The translations under genes and the position numbers were made by a program. Under the pieces are notes generated by a model, which was not told the DNA's origin, searched no databases, and saw nothing but the letters and a program-made list of their open reading frames with translations. 64,000 nucleotides of DNA from Vicugna vicugna (lineage: Eukaryota): the NCBI GenBank assembly GCA_013265495.1, contig MU058793.1:1-64000 (forward strand). The letters run 5' to 3'. Below, in pieces: positions 34,741 through 47,354 of this stretch (the first letter of the stretch is position 1; every line of letters starts with the position of its first letter).

Positions 34741-37344
34741 CCCCACTGTGACCATCAGGTCTCTATACCAGGGAGTAGCCAGAAAGATTCCAAGTCCTTC
34801 CAGAGATCCCGGCATCCTATGACCTGGCGCCGATTACCTCTCTGACTTTATGTTCTGATTTTCATGGTCAAAAAGGATTTCATTCATTCAAACAAACAAC
34901 TGAGTAGCAACTGGAGGGACAGGGGAGACAGACTGCGTTATCTCAGGAGGCTGGCCAGTGGAGAGGCTAACAGACAAGAGCAGGACTTCCCATTCGTAAA
35001 AGACAGAGTGGCATCTCAGCCCCTGTCTCCTTTCCCTCGCTCCTCTGTATGAAAATTAAATCCTGCGGTAATCATATTCATTGTATCAATTTACATATAC
35101 AGCATGTTTTATAAGATCCCCTGAGTAACGTAATTAACACGCTCTGTTCTTCAATTGTCTCCTTTTTCCCTTCCTGCCGGCGCTGGAGCAGGCAGCATCT
35201 TTCCTGTGGCTGGGATCCTGTCCTCATCCTCTCCGGCGTATGTAATGGATGGTTCTTGGGCCCTTGACTGGTGTCACCAAGATCTTTCCTGATGAGTTCC
35301 CTCCTCCAGCCCTCAACTCCTCTGTTTTAACAGAAAACCCTCTACCATTAAAACTCTCCTATTTTCCTCAGCATTCTCAGCAGGAGCGGATGGATGTCTT
35401 TTCAAGAACAGGCAAATAAATTGTCCCAGGCTTTGATATACTGATTAAATGAATTGGTTCTTGTCCACATACTTCTATAAGGCAAGTCATCCAAGCTGGT
35501 GGGATGGGTGAAGGTATAACGGGGTGATGTGGACAGGTCAGAGTGAGGCTCTTGTGTGCAAATTAAACTGAGGCAAAAAAAAGAAACCCTAAATAAAACA
35601 TAACACATATCCAGTGAAATACAATAACAAAAAACAGTAAAGTGCACTTTACAGTTTACAAAGGACTTCCACAGACACACATCATTTTTATTCCTACATC
35701 CCTGAGTATTAGAACAAGAACTGCCCTCCTGTCTGGGGGTTAGGACATGTAAATTTGACAATGGTTACACAGATTCTCAGATGCTGAGTTGTACCCTGGG
35801 ACATATTTTGAAAGCTGATTTTGTCTTAAATACACCTATCAAGATGATACATGATGAATTTCTAAGATTTTAAAACCAGCCTTTGTTTTCCATCTTTTAG
35901 TATTTCTGGAATTAGAATGGACCCACAGTTGATGTATATGTTTAATCTGGCAGTGTTTCTTTTTTTCCTTTTGTTCCCTGAAAGGCTGGTATTGACTCAG
36001 TGGTATGTCTGTCAGTCAGTGGCATCTTAGCACCAAGGAAATAGGGTGCACACGCTCATGTGAATGTGAGTATGGAGTGTATACGCCCCTCTCCGCGTAC
36101 ATCCATGCATTAGCTCCTCTTCACTGCTAAATGCACTCCAATGCAGCCCTGAAGCCCTGGGAGAGCCTCGTCCAAACTCCACAGCCATCCTGCAGCCTTC
36201 GAGAAGAGCTCCACACCTCCATGGTCAATTGCTTATTCTTGAGGGAGAAGCCACAGCCAGCGCTAAGCATCGCCAAGAAGTCAAGGAAGGTAGGACTGCT
36301 GTTGTCGCCAGGTCCCTCAAGGCACAGAAGAGGCCCCGTGAAGAGTCCAAGCCCGTGGTGGCCCCTGCCGCTCTCTGACCGGGATGAGCACTTGCCCCGT
36401 CTTCTTCTGTGCTGCAGTTCCTCTTAGTGACACCAAAGCCGGGAACTAAATGTGTGCAAGACAGGGCCACACTCTGCAAGCGAAGAAAATGCCTCATGGT
36501 TCAGGCAAGATTTCTTTACAAACTCCTTAATTTCACCTCCCTGAATTTTACACTGAATTTTGTCAGTTTATAAATTTGCACTGCAGCTTGGCACTGGGAA
36601 GAGGAGGGGGGCGGATAATCAAACNNNNNNNNNNNNNNNNNNNNNNNNNNNNNNNNNNNNNNNNNNNNNNNNNNNNNNNNNNNNNNNNNNNNNNNNNNNN
36701 NNNNNNNNNNNNNNNNNNNNNNNNNNNNNNNNNNNNNNNNNNNNNNNNNNNNNNNNNNNNNNNNNNNNNNNNNNNNNNNNNNNNNNNNNNNNNNNNNNNN
36801 NNNNNNNNNNNNNNNNNNNNNNNNNNNNNNNNNNNNNNNNNNNNAAATTACCACAATAACACACACAACTGTGTGGTATGTGCACCATTGTTTAACCATG
36901 TTAGTACCACACATCTGGGTGCACCAAGGGCTGGGAGACATACAAAAGTCACTTAAAACCAAATTTCTCCTTTGGGTAAGTTGGCCAGCCCCCAAATCCC
37001 AGCAGAAGTTTTTATTAGTCACTGGATCTACTTTTTTAGGCCCATTCAGCCTGATTTATTTTTGAATGTGTGTTTGCCAGTTAAGTTTAACATATCCAGT
37101 TAACGATAGCTGAATATTCTCTGAAAGCAATCTCATAATGAGGCCACGGTTCTTTGTAGAATATTGAAAATTACTTTTGGCATGCAAGTTCGTTTTGTTA
37201 ATTCCTCTTTTAGTGCACAAATAACCTTTGAAAACCTGCTTCTAGGTGTTTATGTGTCAGGACAGTATCAAAAATTATTCAATTGCCAAGTCACATGTCA
37301 ACACTTCAGTGTACAAAGCCTCTGAGAACCCCCATTCTCACTAC

Positions 37345-37365
37345 TCTGCTGCCCTCTAGTGGATA
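37345..37365 (-). promoter_or_regulatory. CTCF consensus motif
   Basis: Minus strand ccactagagggcagc (37362-37348) matches the CTCF core CCACYAGRKGGCRS; sequence match only, binding untested. Confidence 0.6.
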
Positions 37366-37406
37366 GCTGCCAAATCCTCGCCCTCATTTCGATGCATTTA
37401 TTTCAG

Positions 37407-37459
37407 CGGAAGCGTGCAATGTCAGGAACTCCTATTTGCATCTCACCATGAAGGTAAGT
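37407..37459 (+). other. candidate 47-nt exon (37407-37453) with Kozak ATG and strong donor
   Basis: tttatttcag| acceptor, ctcaccATGAAG, then |gtaagt; no partner exon or product recognised. Confidence 0.3.
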
Positions 37460-38859
37460 GGCACTTTCGAAGTGGTAGAATGTAAACAAGAAAACAGGGA
37501 CCCAGCTGAAATTCCCTGGGGGAACATTTAACAAAGGTGAGGTTGTCAAATATTTTCTAAGAATCTATCCATTTAAAAATAGTCACCTGTGGCTAGAGCC
37601 ATGCCTTGGGAACAAAAGATGGTAGCCCCACCAACGCTCAGGTGGTGGGTTGAACAGATCATCTGCCCACAGGAAATTGAGAAGTGGTTCAGTCTCTCCC
37701 TCTCAGAGTCACAGGGCACTGACCAGAATGTCAGAGAGAAAGGACATTCAAAGTTCACCCACCCTAATGCTCCTCACACTTGATGATAAGAAATATTCAA
37801 ATTCTTGGTTGAATTAAAGAAAAATCACTACATAAGTAAAAGCACCGTTAGTATGCAGTTATGACAATCACACATAATTGACCAGCCATTTCATTCTCAT
37901 AATTATCTGATGAGAAGGCAGAAGCCCAGAAAGGACAGAGAACTTGCCAGGAGCCCACAGCTAATAGTTGGCAAAGCTGTAACCAGAACCTAGTTCTCGT
38001 GATCCATAGCCCAGGGCTCTCTCTGGCACTTTTTTTCCTATAATAATAGCAGCAAGTCTTGAACTCATGTTCACAATCAGTTGCAATGGGCATAATGAGT
38101 AACCTGACAAATGAGAGTCAAATTATGGAAATTTGTGAATTCATTACTTTTTTAGAAATAAATTATAGTGGATCTACATTTATTCCTATAACAAAATCAC
38201 TCTTACTTGCGATCCATGAGTGGTAGAAAAAGTGGTGGAGATACAGCTGTGAAAAACTGTGTTAGGAATACAAATCTCAGTCCATAAACACAGATGAGCA
38301 AGAAATACGTTTGGTTTTGTTTGTTTCTCTATAGACCCTATTTCACGAAGTGGTTGTACACACTTCATTTCAGCTGAGTCCGGGCTGCTCCGTCCTCCCA
38401 GCTTACCTGGACAGGGGTAGAAGGTCCTACAGGAGGCAGCAGTGGGAAGGCTTAGAGAGGGGTGGGACACAGCCCTGGTCCTCAGTGTTGCCCTTTAAGA
38501 CAGTACCCAGTGAGATTTCCTCACCCCTGTCTGGGGTTCCACTCACAGTGCCAAGGCCTACCAGTTCCATCAGCTCTCTGAGACAAACCCAGAGGACTCT
38601 GAGTGCCCACAAAGAATTCTTCTGCTCCCGCACCATTGGCTGATGTGTCTGCCCAGACATTTCATGCAGTTACGCCCACTCAGGAAACTTCTGAGTCTCT
38701 ACCTCCCCAGTCTCTACCTGCAAAGGAGCACAGTTCTCTTTTGCCCTCAGATCTCCTAATCTATGTGGTGCTTCCATTGCCCCACCCTCACCCTACACCC
38801 CACTTGCCCCAGGACCTGATTTATGTGACAAGGAACAGGGCCTTTGATCAAAGACCCAC

Positions 38860-39000
38860 CAGTATCCAATTCACCTCATTTGTTCATTGGATCTGTCTCT
38901 GTTGTGCTGAGGATACCCCAGTGAACAAGGTTGACCAGGTGCCTGCCCCCATAGGCCTCACAACCTAGAGACAAGGACGCCATTAAACAAGCAAAATGTA
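38860..39000 (-). mobile_element. L2 3' end
   Basis: ctcatttgttcattgg...tgtgctgaggataccccagtgaacaagg...cctgcccccataggcctcacaacctag. Confidence 0.55.
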
Positions 39001-40539
39001 CACAAAATGATCTCGGGAATGGCTGCGGAGAGGGATGAGGGATGGGGAGGAGTGACACAATTCTGGATTGGGTGATGAGCAAAAGGAAGGACGTGCATGG
39101 GCAGAGGTCTGCTTCAGTGTCCAAGCAGGGGCATATTCCCTAGTCTTGCAGTCTAGAATCTCTGCTAGAGCTGATCATCTATTCTTCCAAACAGCAAAAG
39201 CCAAAACACCATCCCTTTGTGTGCTGGCCATTTTAGGAGCCATGAAAGCAAGACTTTTAAGTGATAGGTTACAGGGGCTCAAAGGAGGTACAGCAGAAAA
39301 CCACTAGCTAATATTCCAAAGTTTTACAACAAGACACACACACCCTGGGTGGGCTTTGGGAGGGAAGTCCCTTGTGAGCAAGTCATCTGTCTTGCTTGCT
39401 GAGGAGGGGAAAGTAAGGCTGAGACCATGGTCCTAAAACCTTCCTTAGCCTCTGGAGAGCAGAAACCCCATCTCAGTCACTGTGGACCCCTCGCTCTCCC
39501 ACTAGTCCAGGCCTGTGTCTTGGCATCTTGCCCTCAGTAGGCACCCACTGCGAGGCTGAAGGAAGTGGTCACACCACACCACTGTAGGTGATAATCTATA
39601 TATGGCACCTCTGGCTCAGAAAACAACTCTTGTCTTGGGTCAGCAATGCCTTAGGGGAAGAGAAGGCATTTCCCCATGTTTAATCCCTAGTCCAGGTATC
39701 TGAAATCCAAATACTCATGAGGACTTGGGTAATGTAAACAGGTGAAGTGGGCTGGGGTAGGCACAGTTCTTCACTTTCCCAAAGAAAAATACTCTCCATT
39801 TTTTTTCTAAACTTCTCTCTTGTTGCTTCATTATTCTGTCTTTTATAGGAACAATGGGAACATAAAAATTTACATTCCTCTTCACTATTAGCCTATATGT
39901 AAGCATCACAATAAATGGCAACTTATTCTGTGCCTCGGAGGCAGGAAAACAATAGGGTGTGGAGGAGACCCTGAGGGACTGGAGAGCACATGCTCCATCT
40001 AAAGAGAGAGGAGCTGAAGCCAATTTTCCCCTCATGGGAATATAGAGCCAGCATCCCCGAATCTTATGATTTGTAAAGAGAATTTGGAACCTAACCATTC
40101 TTATGCCATATCCTGATATTTAAATATTTGCAATTAATTCATATTATTTTAAAACTTTATGCAAGAAACATGGGACACATCTTTGGACCAGAATCATCGC
40201 ATGAACCAGCAATTTGGAAACTGAATTTTAATCATATGTTCCCTCACTTCCGGATATAGCCCAGAAACCCTGGCCTGTAAGTCTGGAGACCTACATTGAA
40301 AGCTTCATCCTAAAATAACTCTGGGTAAATACAGGCACATTGCCATCCCTCTCCAATCTTCTGCTTTCCTCTTGGAACACAGAGGGAATTAGAGGAGACC
40401 AAATTTGTTTTTAACAGATACAATCTTTAGAGTTTAAACAGCTTCAAGAAATAGACCCTAAAATGTACATGGCTAAAGAAAAAAGAGAAGCCTTTTTCTC
40501 ACTCACCCTACAATCCAGGGTGGGACAGCTGGCAGCTTT

Positions 40540-40790
40540 TTACATACTGTGATTCCCTCTGGTGTCTAGGCCATCTCCTAGCTTTGCCATTGTCTGCATC
40601 TTGCTGTGCTAATGGAGGAGGTGTTATAGAGAAAGGATACACCTGCATTTTTAAAGTTATGGCTTGAAATCAGTCCATAACATTTTTATATACATTCCAT
40701 TGGTGAGAACTAGACATAAGAGTCACACCTAGATGCTAAGTGAGTGGTGACTACCTTGTGAAAGGGGAGAACTGTTTTAATGGACATCTA
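40540..40790 (-). mobile_element. old MLT1-like LTR fragment
   Basis: cattccattggtgagaactagacataagagtcacacctagatgctaag. Confidence 0.45.
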
Positions 40791-40902
40791 ACATTCTTTG
40801 CCATGCTTGCTTCAAGAAAAATGTTGCATATGAGTCCCATTTATTAAACAGTTAGACATGGAGATACACTAGTTGTAGCCAGAATAGGGAATTCCTAAAC
40901 TC

Positions 40903-41287
40903 TATGATGAAGACTGTATCACTACTCAAAATATTTTCCCCATGCTCCTGGAGAAAGAATATACTTCCTTGTTGCACTGATGTTGGGTTTGGCCATATTG
41001 TTTTCAGCCAATGAGTATAGGAAGAAGGGACAGGTGCTATTGCCAAGCAAAAGCTTTAAAAGTCATGGCCCACCCCACTCTTTTCCCTCTGAAATGGGCC
41101 CAGCATGTCTTATATAAGAGCTTTTCTTTCAGTAGGTTCCAGAATGAAGAAAATATGAAGCAAAGCCAGAGTTAATCTATAATGATCATGTCACATGAGT
41201 GAGAAATACACCTTTACTATTGTAAGCCATTAAGAATTGGGGGGTCATTTGTTACTGCAGCACACCTTGGCCTGAACTAACAAATAC
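40903..41287 (+). mobile_element. MLT1J-like MaLR LTR
   Basis: ttggccatattgttttcagccaatgag...catgagtgagaaatacaccttt...ttgtaagccattaagaattggggggtcatttgttactgcagcac. Confidence 0.7.
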
Positions 41288-41449
41288 ACTCACATCTTTT
41301 TGCCTCACTAGCAGCCTAAGAAGCACAACCCCTAGAATTCAGCAACACAGAATCTGAAGAAGCACTAGAATAAATTATTGCTGAGATCCTTCAAAGTCCC
41401 ATCAGTCTGTGATTCTAAGTCTCCAGATAGCAGAGCTTCTGTGTAAGTG

Positions 41450-41900
41450 ATTTTTGTATTCCCAGTGCCTGACAGTGTGCCAGGTACACTGTAGATGCTC
41501 AGTAAGTCTGTTGAGTGTGTAAAAAATTTATTTTGACAACTTTTTGTAACATGAAATGTTATAATTGATATCTCTCCTCACAAGCTCTTTCTTCTGACTT
41601 GAATACCCTTCCCTTCCTACTCTGTGTGGTGGACTCCATGCTTCAAAGCTCAGCTCAGATGTTTCCTTCCCTATGAGAATTTCACACCTGAGCCAGAATA
41701 AGTGTATCCCATCTTGGATTCCATAACTCAGAAATTTCTCTAGGCCCTTTCATGTCATATTCCTTTGAAAGCAATGCTTGGTTTAGTGATCTTTGTACTC
41801 TCAGTTTCCAGAAGATTGCCTGATTAGTAACAAATGCTCACAACGTGCTTATTAAGTGAATGAATGAATGCAACATTTCCAAATTAATCATGACATAAAA
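41450..41900 (+). mobile_element. L2 3' fragments
   Basis: gtattcccagtgcctgacagtgtgccaggtacactgtagatgctcagtaag; aaagctcagctcagatgtttcc; ttattaagtgaatgaatgaatg. Confidence 0.5.
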
Positions 41901-44900
41901 ACAAGGAAGAATTTGCTGTCAGATATGCATCTAAAAGTGTAAACTTCATGTGACTTAAGACTAATATAGGAAAGGTAATATTTTTGCCTGAGATAAATGA
42001 TCTTTTTCAATAACCTGACACTGCATCTTGTATTACACTATCCAGTGTATGTGTGTGTGTGTATAATATTATTTTATATTAATAATATAATTACATTAAT
42101 CATAAAATTATAGCATTTGCTATCCATTTCCTCTGGTCAAACACTGCCCTTCTAGTCATTCTTAAACAAGTGTGCTTGGAGGAATGTCTCTGGGAGGAAA
42201 AGTATGTCAATTCATTTACACTTTAGTATGAATTAGTTAATTAGTTCAGGATTTTGCTTCCCTCACTATATACATATATATGTTTATACACACCCACATA
42301 TACATACACACATATGTGGGTGTGTATAGATTAATATATGCTATTTATTTACTTAAATCTTTAGTTTTCCTAAAACTTTTGATTTTTTAAAAATGATGCA
42401 TTCCTGAGACCTCTCTCCTAAACTTATAATTTGATTTGACTTTGCACACCATGTAGAACACTATGCTGTGGGATTCGGGTTCATCTTCACCATCGACTGG
42501 CCCTGATCAGTCAAATTCCCTTAGCCCCCAGAATGAGATAACGGATATTTCATAAATGGTACTTCAATCCACACATATTAGTTATTATTAAGAAGGAGGA
42601 GAATGGATTGATGATGGATGAATAAAAAGTATAACATGAAATAAAGTGCTAGAAACTTCTCCTTAAATTACACCCACCTGTGTGAACTAAAAGAAGATAC
42701 CCAGGTCAGAAACAAAGACAATGAAAGCCTCCAGACTCCTATGTATAAACTAACAGCACCCTTCTCCTATAACTAGAGCAACAGGAATCTTGTCTTCTTC
42801 TTAGTCAGCTTTACTAGCCTTAATCTGGAGGCTCAGGGAAACTCTTTCAGGGCCTCACACTGATGCTTGAAACTCCTGTCCCTCCATAATTTAACTCATT
42901 AAATGGCGATGACTTTAACACCACAACCACAAAAACAGACAGGAACAAAGAAAATCTGGCATTCCAAAATAAACCCACTCTGCATATCAGGAGCAAAGAT
43001 GGTCTCCTCTAACCAAGGAGACGGACAGATCCCGCTCCCCATCCAGCAGGAATGGAAATGATGACTCTTCCCCCAGTCACAGTGACTACATGCTCAACTT
43101 GAAAGCCTAAAACAAAGAATCGTGTTGCTTCTCTAAATTACAAGCATTATGAATGGGATTGACACCTTTCATCTTCTCACTCACAACAGCTGGCTTCTGA
43201 GGAATGGCCTCTAGGGATGATGGGTGGCTGGGGTGTGCTGGGGGCCATTCACTGAGAGACAGCTGTTCCTCAGGTTTGCTGAAAGGAAATTTTAATCAGG
43301 GTCAAACTGAAATTAGCTGTGTGGGCTTAGACCTAGGCATGTCCTGTTGGACAGAGGAAGTAAACTAGAATACAGAATAGCATAATTTAAAACCATCTTT
43401 TTGGCACAATTTGTATGAAAAATTTAAACTTAGCTGGTGGCAGAATTCTCAGTGTATTTACCATTTCCACTATTTCAAAAATAATAGAAAGTCAAAGCTT
43501 AACCCAAATCTCTAACATCATCACCCTCGGGCAAGACTTGGTCATACTCAGAAGGAGAAAGCAGCAAGAATGATTATTATGTCAAGCATCACAGCCTGGT
43601 CTGTGTCAGGCTCTGGGACTTACATGGAGTTTCTAGAAGGATGCTGGGCCCAGTGCATTATTTGGAAAAATGCCCCCACATTGAGCAAATGAGGAGGACC
43701 ACTAACAAGGCCATTCGATTAGTATCCGGGACACATGCTCCCAGTCCACCTGCACACCAAGAATATTCGCTCATCACTGAGCATCTCTGAGTGCCACAGG
43801 GACACGTGGTCCAGGCCATGGGAAATCCTCAGTGACAAATTCAACTACACTTGGCACAGAGCCATAGCATTATTCACATGCAATTTCTCTGGGCCTCTGC
43901 CAAGCCTCCATGTAATGCAGGAATCACTGAACAGAAATTATTGGCCCTGTCCAAGAAAATCACAGAAGGCCCTATGAAGCAGGTAGAAAAAGAAATAGAA
44001 GCATAGGATGGGAAGAAAGATGGAAAGGAAGAGGGATAAATTACTGCGATACCCAGACTGCTCCCCACAATCAATATCATTGCCAATTCCCAACAGGAAT
44101 TATAAATAATTCCCCATTCTCAGTAAGAATTTTCAGCCTTCACTTACTGGTTCATCTTAGTTCTCTCCTTACACCCAAATACAAACGTTGGAGCATTAAA
44201 CTTTTAGCACCAGAAGAAAATCACAGGACAAAGGTTACAAACTGACATCCCATAAGACGAACTCGGCCCTTCAGAGGTAGATTGCCTGGTCTATACTTTC
44301 ATGCCTTCTTTTTTTTTTATTTCTAATTTGAAGCTCTTCAAGCATTTCTTATCTCTCCCAGTTTGCCCCTGACCCTACCTGGCCCACTCTGCTGCTTTGG
44401 GTTCCTCACCCAAAGGCATTTGAGGGGGCCACCTTGCCTTAGAGAGGACCATCAGAGACCAGCTTCCTCTGCCATCTTCCTTTCACAGATGAGGAAACCA
44501 AAGTACTCAGGAAAAAACAATCAGAGTAGGTCCCTGGAAATCTCTGCTTACTAGGGGAGCCAGTGCTTGCTTCGGCATCATGAAAGGTCATACGTCCTCA
44601 TGGCCTTTAGAGGCGATGCTCTGAGCTTAGAATTATATATATATGAAGAATCTTTTTGTCAGAATGATTTTGATAACAGTGAGGCTGATGGTCACTTCGT
44701 GGTGTGGAATGTCTCAGAGCTTACTCATCTGCAGGCTCAGTTTGCAGGGCTGTGCACTCACCTGTCAGCACTCCGCTCCCTCAAAATAGACCCTCCAAGT
44801 TAATTATCCCTGAGTGGCTCGTTTTAGCTTTTTGCCTAACACTGAACCAAGTGCCTTGAGAGACAAATCCTGAACCCAAAGGAACAGCTCCCTAATGTTG

Positions 44901-47354
44901 CAGTTTACAGCAGTTGCATGACAGAGAAGAAGAGAATTTGGACCTGGAAATTCTCCTCCCCCCTTAAACCACATGTGGAATCCTGGCAATGACTCTAGGA
45001 CACAAACCAGTGGGGTTATCACTTCCCTATGATATCAAATTTTACAGCCCAGTCTAAAGGATCACTTTATTTCTAGAAATAGATACTCACTCAAGCTGGC
45101 TTTGGCAATAAGGAATTTATTAGAAGGATGCAGGAGAATCTTGTGAAACCCATCTGAGGAAATACAGCTGGTCATTATGGGAACTGGAAAGTTACCAGCC
45201 AGATCTTCTTTTTGCCTCCTTATTTTGGGAACCACTCAACCTCTCATATTTGCTTCTCTTTGCAAGCCCATTCCATTCTCTCTGAAGACTCTTCTTCTTT
45301 GAGATTCTTTTTCTGCTCTTCCAAACTTTTGCAAGTTTTATTCAGATGTTGCTACTTGTGAACTTCACTCCACATAGCCTTTATAGTCCCAAGGCCAGTG
45401 TGGCCAGGCTGTTTTCCCTGCCACTCATACCTTTGAGAGAGACTAATGGGTTCACCTTAGGTCAGGTGACCATCCAGTCAGTCAGCTTTAGTAATGGGTA
45501 ATGAGCTTTGGTAAAAGTCAAGTGTAAGGAACAAAGAAAGTTGCTCAGACCTAATCCAGGGCTCTTAGGAACATTTTGAAGAAAGGGACAGCATGAGCTA
45601 CCCAAACCCTTGTCCCTGTTCCTGCCTGTCTCACAAGGCTGGAGCTCGAGCATGCCGCTCCAGCACAGAAACTGGACAGGAGTTTGGGGGCAACAAGCCT
45701 CAGCAATTCTCCAGCAGAAGCTCCGCAGATGCATTCCTCCAGGGGAGACTTCTTCCAGCACTCCCCATCCTCCTGGGGAAAAGTGCTCTAGGGTGAACTA
45801 TTTCAAATTTCCAAGGGCAAAAAGAAAAAGGGGAGAAAGCTACAGGAGGCAGATCTCCGCTCAGTCGTAGGAAATACAAGGTAGCGGTGGAGGATGCCCG
45901 TGGGAGAGACCCATCCCTGAACCTCCAAGCTGGGGCTAGATGGAGAGGAAGTGCCTTCCTGCAGGAGTGGAGGGCCACTGCCACAAGCTCCTGATGCCTC
46001 TTCCTCCCTCCCTCCCTTCCTCCACATGTGTCTATCATGTTATAAGTCACACACCTCTTTAGCAGGTCATCCACGCTACAGAAGGATTTTACATCATAGC
46101 ATACTTGCTTTACTTGGCCCAGGCTGGCTCCATGCTTTGCTAGAGGAGGCATCTGCCTAGGGGTACAAGCTGAGAAGAACCTCCTTCCCACCTTCCTGTC
46201 TGCCCTGCTGAGGTGCCAGAGCTCTGCTGTCCAGCCACACTTCACAACCAATGTCCAAGTAGAGGTGTAGGGGTTGGTAAATACAAAGGGAATGTAATGT
46301 GACAGGACATGAAACACAATTCCACGGGAAATCAGCTACATAATTTATGAAACGTAAGTCAAAGCTCTGTTTGCTCTGTGACCATGTCAACACTGCAGAC
46401 TTTATATCAAAATAGAAATGAAAAGAAGAGAACTCATGGAATGATCTACTTCAATCATGGCATAATATAAATCTCTAATGGTAAAGAGGGGAGAATCATA
46501 AGGTATGTGTGTGCATGCACGTGTGTGCAGGAGGGGGAAGAGGACAATATTGTGATGGATGTGGTCAAGCTACTATCTGAAATTCTACCTTGTATGCTTC
46601 TTTTGGGCTAAAACTTTAAGGGCAAGATTTTGTTTCTGACACATATAAACTACACTTTTTCAAGACTTTTTCAATTTCTAGAGTAGATGATTCCATTTCC
46701 TGAAGGTAAGGTCATTTTCAGTTTTAACATTTGCTATTTTGGTGCTAACATACCGTATTCCCACATCAACATTCTATTTCCTTTCCCTTTCAAGGTTGAT
46801 GGTGATCTCAGCTGTGAGTCCAAAGCCACTCCGCTGGGGATGCTCCACAGGACACACAGTTAGGTTTGAGATTTGGGGAGTTCTGGGAAATGCTGATGTA
46901 ATACCTTGGCAAGTGTTACCTTCACCTCACCATCAACCGAGAACTCAGTCATGGACTGCCATCAGGGGATGTGTTTAGTTTGAGTTGTGACTCACCTGGC
47001 AGACTTTCTGCAGTCCCGCTTACCCAGGACAAAGACACTCCTCAAAGAGAGGCTTCTGAAATGCAAATACCATGAGACAGAGACACTGTGGTTGATCTGG
47101 TTTCTAGCTACCTCATTAGCTCCATCCCTCACCGAGTCCTCATCCCCAGGCTCCAGCCTTAGGGCCTCCTTCTAATTCTCAAGCTACCAAACTCTCCTGT
47201 GACCACCACACCCCTCTATTTGAAATGCCCTGCCTCTTTCCTTCCATCCTTCAGTTTACAACTACTTCTCTTTCAGAGTTCAGTTCAATTATGACTTCCT
47301 CATTGAAAGCTTCCTTAACTTTTTAAAAACATTGCGGGGGGTACTCTTTTCATT

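Noticed and set aside
45700-46317. Longest N-free ORF (205 aa, minus strand)
   Set aside because: No recognisable domain and no supported splice structure; it overlaps LTR-like GC-rich sequence. An ORF of this size is plausible by chance.
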